From the IMG/VR virus record IMGVR_UViG_3300043449_001791, positions 1-37,074 of that record: a stretch of 37,074 bases of DNA; one strand, given 5' to 3'. This document shows, piece by piece, positions 15,615-25,060 of this stretch. Position 1 is the stretch's first letter, and each line of letters opens with the position of its first letter. Source of the stretch: a virus (Duplodnaviria; Caudoviricetes). The notes under the pieces were generated by a model that was not told the DNA's origin, searched no databases, and was given only the letters and a program-made list of their open reading frames with translations. A program made the translations under genes and the position numbers.

Positions 15615-16650
15615 ATCTGAATGCTTAATAGATACAGATAGCAAAAAATGGGAAACGGAATTAAAATCTTTAGCCCAAAAAGGAAATGACTTTCTTTTAA
15701 AAGCAGAAAAAGCATTTTATTATTTTGAAGGCAGAAGTAGCAATCATCAAAAAATTGATCAAGGAGCTACAGCAGCGGTAGAATTTTTAAGTAATTTTCA
15801 AAAATCCGCTGAATATGCGAATGCAATTATAGCTCAACACAAAAAATGGTTGGAAATGGTGAAATACCACTACCGACTTACTAAGATTGATTTTTCAAAC
15901 CAAAGTATCAAAATTGATTTTGAATCTTATTATCACGAAGAAGACACATTTAGTTTATTTTACGAAAGAGGGAATAAACGCTGGGGTCACACAAAACCCC
16001 ATGGGGATTTAATAGTTGAGTCAGGCATGTCTAGTCACTATTTAGAAGGCATTACAGACGTTTTAGAAGCATTTGTAAAAACAAATCATTTTGAAAATTT
16101 AATAAAAAAAGACCGGCACGAACGTGCCCATGATTGCTTTGATTGGCCTAAAATATCCAAGCAAAAAGATATAGAAAAAATATGCAACCTTTTAAAAGAT
16201 CAAGTGTTTTTAGACCTTATTCAAGAAAACAAATTGCAAGATATTATTAATTCTTACGACGCCTATCGGCAATCTAACACCGCACGAAAAACAAATATTC
16301 GCCTTAAAAACATAATCTCAAGAGTATGCACTGTACAAAGCATGCCGCAACCGCCAGGAGCGTTTTGCAAAGCTAAAGACACCGCCGGCATGGGAGAAAA
16401 ATCCGGTGTTTATTTTGGTTGGAAAGGCGAAACTTGTTTTTACGTTGGCAGAAGCAACCACATTGAACACAGATTAAAATCGCATCATGTTATAGGCTTG
16501 GATGATGAGGTCTCTTGGCTAGAAATGCCAGACGAAGATACCCACGCTAACGAATTGTTTTACATTTGGTTATTAGAACCAGAATGCAACGGACAAATAA
16601 AATTAGCTGAAAAATCAAAAAAATTGGAGGACACAAAGCCCACTCCATGA
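15607..16650 (+). CDS. Protein with C-terminal GIY-YIG nuclease domain
   Basis: SGVYF...FYVGRS..IEHRLKSH...E...LEPECN matches GIY-YIG; N-terminal ~250 aa unrecognised; AT-rich. Confidence 0.75.
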   Translation: MIKSECLIDTDSKKWETELKSLAQKGNDFLLKAEKAFYYFEGRSSNHQKIDQGATAAVEFLSNFQKSAEYANAIIAQHKKWLEMVKYHYRLTKIDFSNQSIKIDFESYYHEEDTFSLFYERGNKRWGHTKPHGDLIVESGMSSHYLEGITDVLEAFVKTNHFENLIKKDRHERAHDCFDWPKISKQKDIEKICNLLKDQVFLDLIQENKLQDIINSYDAYRQSNTARKTNIRLKNIISRVCTVQSMPQPPGAFCKAKDTAGMGEKSGVYFGWKGETCFYVGRSNHIEHRLKSHHVIGLDDEVSWLEMPDEDTHANELFYIWLLEPECNGQIKLAEKSKKLEDTKPTP

Positions 16651-17006
16651 CCCACCCCTACACCCTGACCATTCCGCCCTCGACCAACCACCTCTACCGC
16701 CGCCGGGGCCGGCATACCTTTAAGACTCAGGCCTACACCGATTGGATTACCGAAAACACCCTGACCATCGGCAAAGCCAAACCCCACCGCAGTTACCCGG
16801 CCAAGATCCATATCAGCATTCACGGGGGCAAGGGCTGGCGGGTCTCCAGGGACATCGACAACGCCGCCAAAGCCTGCCTTGACCTGATGCAATCCATTGG
16901 CGTTCTAGCCGAGGATAACACCCAGCACATCAACCATTTAGTCATCAGCTACATCGAGCCAAAAAGCCTGAAAGATGAAGCGTTTGTGACATTGGTCATT
17001 TATTAG
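16647..17006 (+). CDS. rusA: RusA-family Holliday junction resolvase
   Basis: PPSTNHLY...RDIDNAAKACLDLM...GVLAEDN. Confidence 0.9.
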   Translation: MTHPYTLTIPPSTNHLYRRRGRHTFKTQAYTDWITENTLTIGKAKPHRSYPAKIHISIHGGKGWRVSRDIDNAAKACLDLMQSIGVLAEDNTQHINHLVISYIEPKSLKDEAFVTLVIY

Positions 17007-17025
17007 GGAGGAAGGGAGGGGTAGT

Positions 17026-17784
17026 ATGCTAGGGCCATCTATATTCGGATCATTGGGAAAGTTTCTTGGAAAACTGCTGTTTGGCAATTCCACGCCGCCG
17101 CCAAACCAACCCAAACCACCACCTAAGCCAACCAGTCAGCAACAGCTTGAGATAAGACCCCCATCGCCGGAGGATCGGGCCCTTACCCCGGTGACACCGT
17201 CCGCCCAGCAAAGTTACGCAATGGAGTACAAGCGCCTTTACGGCATCCTTCAAAATGAACTGGCAGGCATGAAAAACACCATGGTGCCCAAAGACAATCA
17301 ACGCCGCCGGCGACGACAGGCAGGCCAAAACAATAACATTCTTCCATCGACCACCACCCGCCAAATTCCAAGGCCGTACAACAAACGAGACGTGTACCAG
17401 CACGGCGACCTTTCCTTGCGCTACGGCTATCAAGACGGGCAAGATGTCGATGTGGATTCTTCATGGATCGGAGCGTTTAATTTTCGGGTTTACGGCGGCG
17501 ACTATGGCGGAGATCAGGATATTCGGGACGTTGGGGATCTTACGCTAGTCGTGCTAAAGCCCAGCCGCCCTAATCCAACAGGCCGCTATGTTTACCCCAG
17601 CGTGCCCCGACCCGTAATGAATCGGGCCATGACCTACCCGAGCAAGGGGCAATTTTACTGGGCCGTTTTGCGGCACTACAGCAACCGTGGCGCAATTGGT
17701 CGCCGTATGCTTCGCACTGCCCATCACCTAATTACCAACCCCAACAGCCCGCACGCAGGGACAAGACGAGGCCGCCGCCGATGA
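17026..17784 (+). CDS. Protein with C-terminal KTSC-like domain
   Basis: VDSSWI...GRYVYPSVP...PSKGQFYWAVLR resembles the KTSC consensus. Confidence 0.55.
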   Translation: MLGPSIFGSLGKFLGKLLFGNSTPPPNQPKPPPKPTSQQQLEIRPPSPEDRALTPVTPSAQQSYAMEYKRLYGILQNELAGMKNTMVPKDNQRRRRRQAGQNNNILPSTTTRQIPRPYNKRDVYQHGDLSLRYGYQDGQDVDVDSSWIGAFNFRVYGGDYGGDQDIRDVGDLTLVVLKPSRPNPTGRYVYPSVPRPVMNRAMTYPSKGQFYWAVLRHYSNRGAIGRRMLRTAHHLITNPNSPHAGTRRGRRR

Positions 17785-18017
17785 TACCACCCGACGCCAA
17801 CAAACCCGTATTTAAAGACCAATGCCAAACCAGCGTCGACTGGTTCAATGAAACCTACTCAAGCTATTGCGCCTCCGACTATGTGCGGGCCCAGGCAGCC
17901 GCAACGATGTACCTAGCCGAAGGGCTTGAGGCGCTCCGCCTGTGGTGCCGGGTGCAATCCGGTGAGATTAAGGCCAGTGAACTGGAACCGCCGGGGGCAG
18001 ATGTGCCCAAGGCGTAG
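17781..18017 (+). CDS. Hypothetical protein
   Basis: 78-aa ORF, ATGA overlap with the upstream gene. Confidence 0.6.
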   Translation: MIPPDANKPVFKDQCQTSVDWFNETYSSYCASDYVRAQAAATMYLAEGLEALRLWCRVQSGEIKASELEPPGADVPKA

Positions 18018-18044
18018 CAATATTCCCCTGTAAAAAAGGACTTT

Positions 18045-18461
18045 ATGGCGAAAAAAAAGCCAACGGAACTTACCGAGCAGAAAATCAAAGCCATCTGCAA
18101 AGCCATCACCCTAGGGGCAAATGTGCATGTGGCCGCATCCGCCGCTAACATCGACCGGAAAACTTTGTACAACTGGCGCCAGAAAGGCAAAAACAGCAGC
18201 AGCGGCATGTTTTACGATTTAGTGAAACGCATGGAAGTGGCGGAAAATCAATTCATCACGAACAACCTTCAAAATCTATCACGCCATAGCAATTTATCCT
18301 GGCAGGCGTCGGCGTGGCTATTGGAACGCCGGCATCCCGAGCTATTCGCTAAGATCACCGAACGCCGGGAATTAGACGAACTGAAAAAGGAGGTGCAGGC
18401 AATCCGGGGCGAGATGGCCCGCAACAGCGTTGCGCAAGATGAGCAGGATGACGGGAAATGA
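18045..18461 (+). CDS. terS: Terminase small subunit (putative)
   Basis: HTH (VAASAANIDRKTLYNW), WQASAWLLERRHP motif; upstream of terL. Confidence 0.75.
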   Translation: MAKKKPTELTEQKIKAICKAITLGANVHVAASAANIDRKTLYNWRQKGKNSSSGMFYDLVKRMEVAENQFITNNLQNLSRHSNLSWQASAWLLERRHPELFAKITERRELDELKKEVQAIRGEMARNSVAQDEQDDGK

Positions 18462-19744
18462 ACTATTTAAGCGTGTGCAGCGGCATCGAGGCCGCAACCG
18501 TGGCATGGCATCACCTTGGCTGGAAACCCTTGGCATTCAGCGAGATTGAACCATTCCCTAGCGCGGTGCTGGCCCATCATTACCCGCATGTTACCAATTT
18601 AGGAAACATGACCCAATTCAAGGAGTGGAATCTTGGAAACGAATCAATTGATGTCCTTGTCGGAGGAACTCCCTGCCAATCCTTCAGCGTCGCAGGACTC
18701 AGGCAAGGCCTTAAAGATCCTCGAGGTAACCTCATGCTTACATACCTTGGCATCGCTGAGCGTTTCCGGTCTCAATGGATTGTCTGGGAAAATGTCCCCG
18801 GTGTTTTGTCATCGAACGGAGGACGGGATTTTGGAACCTTCCTCGGGTCATTGGTCGAGCTGGGGTATGGGTTCGCCTACCGAGTCCTGGACGCTCAATG
18901 GTTCGGAGTGGCCCAGAGAAGGCGCCGTGTGTTCGTTGTCGGATACCTTGGAAACGCAGGAAGTGCCGCAAAGGTTTTATTTGAGCGCGAAAGCGTGTGC
19001 CGGAATCCTGCGCCGAGCCGAGAAAAGGGGAAAGGCATTGCCGCCAATGTTGCGGACTGCCTTAGAAGCGGTGGCGCGGGAGGAGTGCCAAGCTCCAGAG
19101 GAGAGCATTTAGTTGTTGGAAGTTTAGATTCCGAGTGCGGAGGAAGTAAGCTGACACACCAAACAGTTGCCAACGGTCATATCATTGGTGAATGGCAAAG
19201 TCCAAATGGTAAAGACGTTGTAGGGGCAATGCGAGCTAGGGACTACAAAGGTATTGGTAATGATGACCTTACCGAAGGTCGAGGACTGGCAGTTGCCACC
19301 GCATTTCATCCAACGCAAACACCAATTAGCAGCACGGATATTAGCCATGCACTAGGAACCGGAAACAAAAAAGGAACTGCAACGGCAGCGGTGGCAATTC
19401 CAATATCCACACAAAATGCAATAGGAAGATTAAATGGAAGAGAGGATTGGCCGCTTGGAATTTTTAAAGATGGTGATCCTTGTCCAACAATGTCCAAATC
19501 TCATGGCCATGCGGTTTGCACTGATATTTCATATTCAACAGCCGTGCGCAGACTAACACCAACCGAGTGCGAAAAACTTCAAGGTTTTCCAGATGGCTAC
19601 ACCGCTATTCCGTGGCGAAAAAAGCAAGCCGATCAATGTCCAGATGGGCCAAGATACAAGGCACTAGGCAACAGCATGGCCGTGCCAGTGATGCGTTGGA
19701 TTGGTGAGAGGATTGACAAGGTAGAAAAGGGCGCCGCCCCATGA
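18458..19744 (+). CDS. DNA (cytosine-5) methyltransferase
   Basis: Motif I SVCSGIEA, IV GGTPCQSFS, VI ENVPG, VIII QRRRRVF, IX RRLTPTECEKLQGFP, X YKALGNSMAV. Confidence 0.95.
   Translation: MNYLSVCSGIEAATVAWHHLGWKPLAFSEIEPFPSAVLAHHYPHVTNLGNMTQFKEWNLGNESIDVLVGGTPCQSFSVAGLRQGLKDPRGNLMLTYLGIAERFRSQWIVWENVPGVLSSNGGRDFGTFLGSLVELGYGFAYRVLDAQWFGVAQRRRRVFVVGYLGNAGSAAKVLFERESVCRNPAPSREKGKGIAANVADCLRSGGAGGVPSSRGEHLVVGSLDSECGGSKLTHQTVANGHIIGEWQSPNGKDVVGAMRARDYKGIGNDDLTEGRGLAVATAFHPTQTPISSTDISHALGTGNKKGTATAAVAIPISTQNAIGRLNGREDWPLGIFKDGDPCPTMSKSHGHAVCTDISYSTAVRRLTPTECEKLQGFPDGYTAIPWRKKQADQCPDGPRYKALGNSMAVPVMRWIGERIDKVEKGAAP
18633..19112 (+). CDS. Nested alternative-frame ORF in the methyltransferase (possible beta-type subunit)
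   Basis: 159 aa; AAGGAG 7 nt before TTG; LSDTLE...FYLSAKACAGILRRAEKRGK motif. Confidence 0.5.
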   Translation: METNQLMSLSEELPANPSASQDSGKALKILEVTSCLHTLASLSVSGLNGLSGKMSPVFCHRTEDGILEPSSGHWSSWGMGSPTESWTLNGSEWPREGAVCSLSDTLETQEVPQRFYLSAKACAGILRRAEKRGKALPPMLRTALEAVAREECQAPEESI

Positions 19745-21228
19745 CCAGCGTCAAACGCATCCTAGCATTGGCCCGCCGCACCCGTGCCGAACTTGTCGCC
19801 CGCAACAAGGCATTGCCCGCCGACCCCGTCGCCTACGCCGCCGCCAAGGGTATCAAGATCACCCCGCAGCAGGCCCGCATCCTGCAAGCTCTCACGCAAC
19901 CCCCGCATAGCGTCCTAGTACGGGCAGCCCACGCCGTGGGCAAGACGTTCATCGCCAGCCTTGCGGCTTCGTGGTTTTACGATCTGCATAATCCCGGCCT
20001 AGTGCTGACCACCGCCCCCACGCATATTCAAGTGGCCGACCTACTTTTCAAAGAACTCAGGAACGTACGCAGAAACGACCCGCATTTCCTGCCCAAAGCC
20101 ACCCGCCTTGAGGAAAATCCCAACCATTTCATCCATGGTTTGACCGCCAACAAAGCCGACGCCTTTCAGGGGCGCCATGGCACCGCCTTGATGATTGTTT
20201 TCGATGAGGCGGCCGGCGTCGATAAAATTTTCTGGGAACGGGCCCGCACCATGTTAAGCGACGGCCCTAGCTATTGTTTTTTGGGCATCTACAACCCATA
20301 CGACGTTAGCAGCCCGGCTTACGCAGAGGAAGCAAGCGGGCGCCACACCGTGCTTGAAATGTCGGCGCTTGATCATCCAAACGTAACCAGCAGGCAAAAC
20401 ATAATACCCGGCGCCGTTACCCATGCCCAAGTAGTCGAGCGCCTTGAAACCGAATGTAAGCGCCTCACCCCCGATGAGCCGCACCCGTGGAACGCTTTTC
20501 AATTTGAGGGAGTCACCTACCTACCCGAAGATCCGCTATTTGAGATCCAGATCCTAGGCCGCTGGCCTACCAGGGCAATTAACTCAGTTTGGGGCGACAG
20601 CGCTCTGGCATTGCTCTTGCAACCCATGGCCGTTGAGCCTAATTGGCTTGTCGCTATTGGTTGCGACGTGGCCCGCTTTGGTGACGATAGAACCGTAATG
20701 GTAGTACGCCGGGGCCGGTGCATCATCGGCATTGAGGCCCACCGGGGCTGGACGATCACCCAGACCGCCGCCAGGCTCAAAGAATTGGCGGCTGAACACG
20801 CCACCCCCAACCAGCACGCCACCCGCATTCCCATTTACATCGACGAGGGGGGCCTCGGCGCCGGCGTCGTGGACTGTTGCGGGGCCGGCAATGAGCGCCA
20901 CAATTTTGTGGGTGTCAATTCTTCGACCGTGTCCAACTGGCCGGGCGACTTTCCCAACCTTCGCAGCGAACTGTGGTTCTTGGCCGCCGAACTGGCCCGA
21001 GATGGCAATCTTTCCATGCAGTCGCTACCGCTGGCCGCCCAGCAACAACTCCTGGCCGAACTTAAGGCGCCGGTGTTTGTCGTGGACAGTATGAACCGGC
21101 GGGTGGTTGAGGCCAAGACCCAGACCAAGCGCCGCCTAGGAAAGTCGCCCGACCTGGCCGACGCCTTCAATTTAGCCTGTTATTTGCCCGCTAATAACAC
21201 CGTGGAGCGGGTCACAGGTCATTTATGA
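19741..21228 (+). CDS. terL: Terminase large subunit
   Basis: Walker A RAAHAVGKT, Walker B IVFDEA, nuclease GCDVARFGDD and SPDLADA. Confidence 0.95.
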   Translation: MTSVKRILALARRTRAELVARNKALPADPVAYAAAKGIKITPQQARILQALTQPPHSVLVRAAHAVGKTFIASLAASWFYDLHNPGLVLTTAPTHIQVADLLFKELRNVRRNDPHFLPKATRLEENPNHFIHGLTANKADAFQGRHGTALMIVFDEAAGVDKIFWERARTMLSDGPSYCFLGIYNPYDVSSPAYAEEASGRHTVLEMSALDHPNVTSRQNIIPGAVTHAQVVERLETECKRLTPDEPHPWNAFQFEGVTYLPEDPLFEIQILGRWPTRAINSVWGDSALALLLQPMAVEPNWLVAIGCDVARFGDDRTVMVVRRGRCIIGIEAHRGWTITQTAARLKELAAEHATPNQHATRIPIYIDEGGLGAGVVDCCGAGNERHNFVGVNSSTVSNWPGDFPNLRSELWFLAAELARDGNLSMQSLPLAAQQQLLAELKAPVFVVDSMNRRVVEAKTQTKRRLGKSPDLADAFNLACYLPANNTVERVTGHL

Positions 21229-21244
21229 CTAAAGGAGTTAAATC

Positions 21245-21556
21245 ATGGCAGTTTCAACCGTTTCAATAAATTTTATGGGGCCGGGAAATTACACGCTATC
21301 ATCGCCAGAATCGGGCAAAGTAGCTAGTTTGCTTATGGTCGCATTAACTAATTTAGGCGGCGTAGGTTTTCAATTCATTGATTCCGATGCAACTCAGCTA
21401 ACCGGGCCACTAATGCTGGCCGATTTGCAGCAATTTGTAACCAATTTCGGCACCGTCGCCGTGCCGCTGTGCGCCACCGCCGCCGGCAAGGGATTAAATC
21501 TGAGCGTGCTAGACGGCGGACGCCTGACCGGTTTTGCCGTGATCGACATTTCCTAG
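21245..21556 (+). CDS. Hypothetical virion-associated protein
   Basis: AAGGAG RBS; 103 aa, beta-rich; between terL and portal. Confidence 0.65.
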   Translation: MAVSTVSINFMGPGNYTLSSPESGKVASLLMVALTNLGGVGFQFIDSDATQLTGPLMLADLQQFVTNFGTVAVPLCATAAGKGLNLSVLDGGRLTGFAVIDIS

Positions 21557-21573
21557 CATCCAACAGGGGCAGC

Positions 21574-23115
21574 ATGAATCTTAAAAAAGCTCAGGAAAGC
21601 ACCGATTATTTTGCCAGCTTGCCAATTTCCCCGTTTGGCACCACCGCTGACCTTTTCGCCGAACAAAGCCCCTACGGCTTCACCGATGGCGGCAGTCAGA
21701 TCTATCTAAGCCGCCGGGATAATCGACTTACCGGCGAATCCTTGCCGACCTACATCAACTGGTTCCAACTCAAGATGATTCGGGACAGATCCCGCCTTAT
21801 CTGCAAAAACAATGAATACGCCATCGCCGCCGTCCAAGCGCATATTTCCTACGTTGTGGGAACGGGCCTGACCTATGTGGCCATGCCCAGGAAAAAAGGC
21901 GTGCCTGATAGCCTAGTGCGTCAGGTGCAGGAACTAATCGATCTATTTCGGGAAGCTTCCGAATTATCCAACATCGAGGCCGAAGCCATCCGCCGCCTGC
22001 ACGTCGACGGGGAATGCTTCATTCGGGTATTTCCACAGCAGGGCGGCCTGATCGCCTTGCGCTTCATCGAGCCCGAATTGATCCGAAGCCCCAGCGATAA
22101 CACCTCAAAACCTGACCATAGTTTTGGGATTGAAAGCGACCCCGAGGACGCTCAATCTATCCGAGGCTATTGGGTCATTGAACGCCCCTTTGAAAGCTTG
22201 ACGCCCACCTTGATTGAGGCCGAAAACATCCTGCATCTAAAGCTGAACACCGACTCCAACGCCAAGCGGGGCCTGCCCACCACCTACGCCGTGGAAGGGA
22301 ATTTCCGGTTTTGTGAAGACTTGCTAACTTCCCTGATCACCCTGGCCAAAGCACGGGCCAAGTTTGCGGTGATTCGCAAAATCAAGGACGCACCGCCCGA
22401 CGCATTAGCCGCATTGAGCGCCACCAGCACGGACGCCACGATTACCGACCCGAACACCGGACAAAGCTCTAACTTGAATCGTTTTGGCTACGGGTCGATC
22501 CTGACATCATCGGACAATATCGACTATGAATTTCCCGCGGCGAACCTGGACGCCGGCGGCATCATCGAAGCGCTGCAGGCCAATCTAAGGGCAATCGCCA
22601 GCCGTTACGGCATCAGTGAAACCATGATGAGCGCCGACGCCAGCAACAACAACTACGCCAGCGCCTTAGTCGCCGAAGGGCCCGCCCATCGCACCTTCAA
22701 ACGTATGCAATCTTTGTTAGGTCAAGCTTTTGGGGAAAGGCGCCTAAATCCCAATCGTAGTTTGATCTGGCGTCAGATCCGGGCCGCCGTGGATCGGGGC
22801 ATTTTGCCCGGCGAAGTTTTGACCGACATCACCATCAAAGCCGAAGGGCCTTCACTGGTCACACGGGACACCGACCGGGAAGCCAACACCAACCGCACGT
22901 ATTTAGAGATGGGAATCAAGTCCAAACAGACCATTTGCACGGAATTAGGATTAGATTACGAAACCGAATCCAAAAATCTAAAGGCCGACCCCGCCCAGGC
23001 GCAGCAGCAGCAGCCGGGCAGCAATGGGGCAGAGGGCCAGCCGGCACAGGACGCCGCCGGCGCTGCGGGAGCCGGGGAACAACCCCAGCCCGACCAACCA
23101 GCGCCCACGTTCTAA
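21574..23115 (+). CDS. Portal protein (lambda-like family)
   Basis: RSRLICKNN...YVVGTG...VDGECF...GIE...RGLP...NNNYASA pattern; position after terL. Confidence 0.9.
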   Translation: MNLKKAQESTDYFASLPISPFGTTADLFAEQSPYGFTDGGSQIYLSRRDNRLTGESLPTYINWFQLKMIRDRSRLICKNNEYAIAAVQAHISYVVGTGLTYVAMPRKKGVPDSLVRQVQELIDLFREASELSNIEAEAIRRLHVDGECFIRVFPQQGGLIALRFIEPELIRSPSDNTSKPDHSFGIESDPEDAQSIRGYWVIERPFESLTPTLIEAENILHLKLNTDSNAKRGLPTTYAVEGNFRFCEDLLTSLITLAKARAKFAVIRKIKDAPPDALAALSATSTDATITDPNTGQSSNLNRFGYGSILTSSDNIDYEFPAANLDAGGIIEALQANLRAIASRYGISETMMSADASNNNYASALVAEGPAHRTFKRMQSLLGQAFGERRLNPNRSLIWRQIRAAVDRGILPGEVLTDITIKAEGPSLVTRDTDREANTNRTYLEMGIKSKQTICTELGLDYETESKNLKADPAQAQQQQPGSNGAEGQPAQDAAGAAGAGEQPQPDQPAPTF

Positions 23116-23125
23116 GGGGGCATGA

Positions 23126-23602
23126 ATGCCCGTCGACGATCAAACCATCTTAGACCATAAGCCGCTCGTTTTAAAAGTTGCCACCTTCTACGGCACGTTG
23201 TGCGCCGCCGACCTGGACGACCTGATTCAACAGGGATGGCTAGGTTTGATCAAGGCCGGCAAAAAATGGGATGAAAGCAAGGGCGTGACATTTGGCGCCT
23301 ACGCGGCGCTTTGGGTCAAGGGCAGCATCTACCGCTATGTGTTTGGGCGCCGGCCCCAATGGGAAGATTCATTTGATCCCTTGATCGGCGACGAAATGGA
23401 TTTTGAGCGCCGGCACGCCACCACCGACTTTTTGACGGATGCGCTTGACCTTCTCCCGCCCGACCATGCCGAGGTCATGCGGGAAAGACTATTGAACCGT
23501 ACGACCATCACCCAGGCGGCACGGGCCACCGGGCACACCACCGGGGACACCTTGGCACTGTACGAGCAGGGCATCGCCATGCTTAAAATTTTCACGGAAT
23601 GA
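23126..23602 (+). CDS. Sigma-70 family RNA polymerase sigma factor (regions 2 and 4)
   Basis: DLDDLIQQGWLGLIKAGKKWDESKGVTFGAYAALWVKGSI (region 2); LPPDHAEV...TITQAARATG (region 4 HTH). Confidence 0.85.
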   Translation: MPVDDQTILDHKPLVLKVATFYGTLCAADLDDLIQQGWLGLIKAGKKWDESKGVTFGAYAALWVKGSIYRYVFGRRPQWEDSFDPLIGDEMDFERRHATTDFLTDALDLLPPDHAEVMRERLLNRTTITQAARATGHTTGDTLALYEQGIAMLKIFTE

Positions 23603-25041
23603 TTAACACACCCGCTGTCATGTCATTTACAAGTATGAGCAGAATCATCAACATTGTGGAAGACATCGTCAAGGGCCTGCCCAAAGTGGCCGCCGTTGCC
23701 GTCGTGGCACGTGGGGAAAAAACCCCACCCCCCACCATTCCAGGGTGCAAAATACTTGGATTTAAATCCCGCAACAACCGCACCTACACCCGTGAAGCCA
23801 TTGCTCAGGCAGCGCACAAATACGAAAACGCCAAGGTAAATTTAGACCACAACACCGGCACCGACCCCCGCAAATTCTCCGAGCGCTTTGGGCGCATGGT
23901 CAATGTGCGCATGGAAGCCGACGGCTTGTATGGGGATCTTCAATACAACCCCAAGCACCCGCTAGCCGAGGCGTTTCAATGGTGGATCAAGAACGACCCC
24001 ACCGCCATCGGATTGAGCCACAACGCCACCGCCGAGGTTAAGAACACCGCCGAGGGCGGCGAGATCGTTACTGAAATAAGGGACGTCGACAGCGTGGATC
24101 TAGTCGCAGATCCAGCCACGACCAAAGGGCTTTTTGAAAGCTACGGCATGAAAAATTTAGACATAGGAAACAACGAAACAATTAGCAAAGGAATCGAAAA
24201 AAACAACGACGGCACTTACACGGCAATGACGTACTCACAGAGCAAAACCTTTAAAACTCTTGCCGCCGCAAAAAAGTGGATGAACGAAAGACCCAAAAAG
24301 GAATCAGAAGAACCAAACGAAAGGAATGGGATTATGAACCCCGATGAAATGCCAGAAATGGCGCCGCCGCCCCAAGTCAACACCGACATGAACCAAGCCC
24401 CCGTCGATGAGGCCATTGACGACGACGGCGACTTTGCCAGCCACCTAGGCAACGCCATTTTGGCGATCATCAACGACGCCGGACTAAGCAGCGCCGACAA
24501 GCGCAAGAAAGTGCTTGGCGCTTTGAAACTCATGGACGACGGCGAAGAAGTGCCCGAAGCCGATGAGGAAGCGATGCCACCGGAAACCGGCGACATGCCA
24601 GCCGAACCCATCGACGAGGACATGGAACCCGTCGAGGAAGGTGACTACGCCGACGGCGACGACGAGACCGCCGCCATGGAAGCCGCTTTGCTAGGCCCCG
24701 ACAACGAGCCCGACGGCGACGAAATGCCCATGAAAAAACCCGCCCAAGAAGCCGTGCAGATTGCAAAGCTCCAAGCTCAACTGGACGCCTACCGAGTGCA
24801 GGAATCACTTAGGAAAAAGAAGGCCAGCCTGATTAAAGCTTGCAAAGAAGCCAAGATCCCAAGCGAAGCCGTTACCCCGATATTTGTAAGCCAGCTTATG
24901 AAACTCAAGGAAAGCACTTGGCCCAAGTTGATCGCAGATCGCAAGAAGGTGGCCAAGGTTTCCATTCAAAAACCAGTCTCTACCAGCGTGGTAGCGACCG
25001 ATTCTTACACCCAGTTTGTCACCGAACTGCTGAACAACTAG
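23599..25041 (+). CDS. Prohead protease-scaffold fusion
   Basis: SRNNRTY...VNLDH...GLSHN...SVDLVADPAT protease motifs followed by an acidic helical scaffold region. Confidence 0.85.
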   Translation: MINTPAVMSFTSMSRIINIVEDIVKGLPKVAAVAVVARGEKTPPPTIPGCKILGFKSRNNRTYTREAIAQAAHKYENAKVNLDHNTGTDPRKFSERFGRMVNVRMEADGLYGDLQYNPKHPLAEAFQWWIKNDPTAIGLSHNATAEVKNTAEGGEIVTEIRDVDSVDLVADPATTKGLFESYGMKNLDIGNNETISKGIEKNNDGTYTAMTYSQSKTFKTLAAAKKWMNERPKKESEEPNERNGIMNPDEMPEMAPPPQVNTDMNQAPVDEAIDDDGDFASHLGNAILAIINDAGLSSADKRKKVLGALKLMDDGEEVPEADEEAMPPETGDMPAEPIDEDMEPVEEGDYADGDDETAAMEAALLGPDNEPDGDEMPMKKPAQEAVQIAKLQAQLDAYRVQESLRKKKASLIKACKEAKIPSEAVTPIFVSQLMKLKESTWPKLIADRKKVAKVSIQKPVSTSVVATDSYTQFVTELLNN

Positions 25042-25060
25042 AGAAAGGATTTTGTGCATC

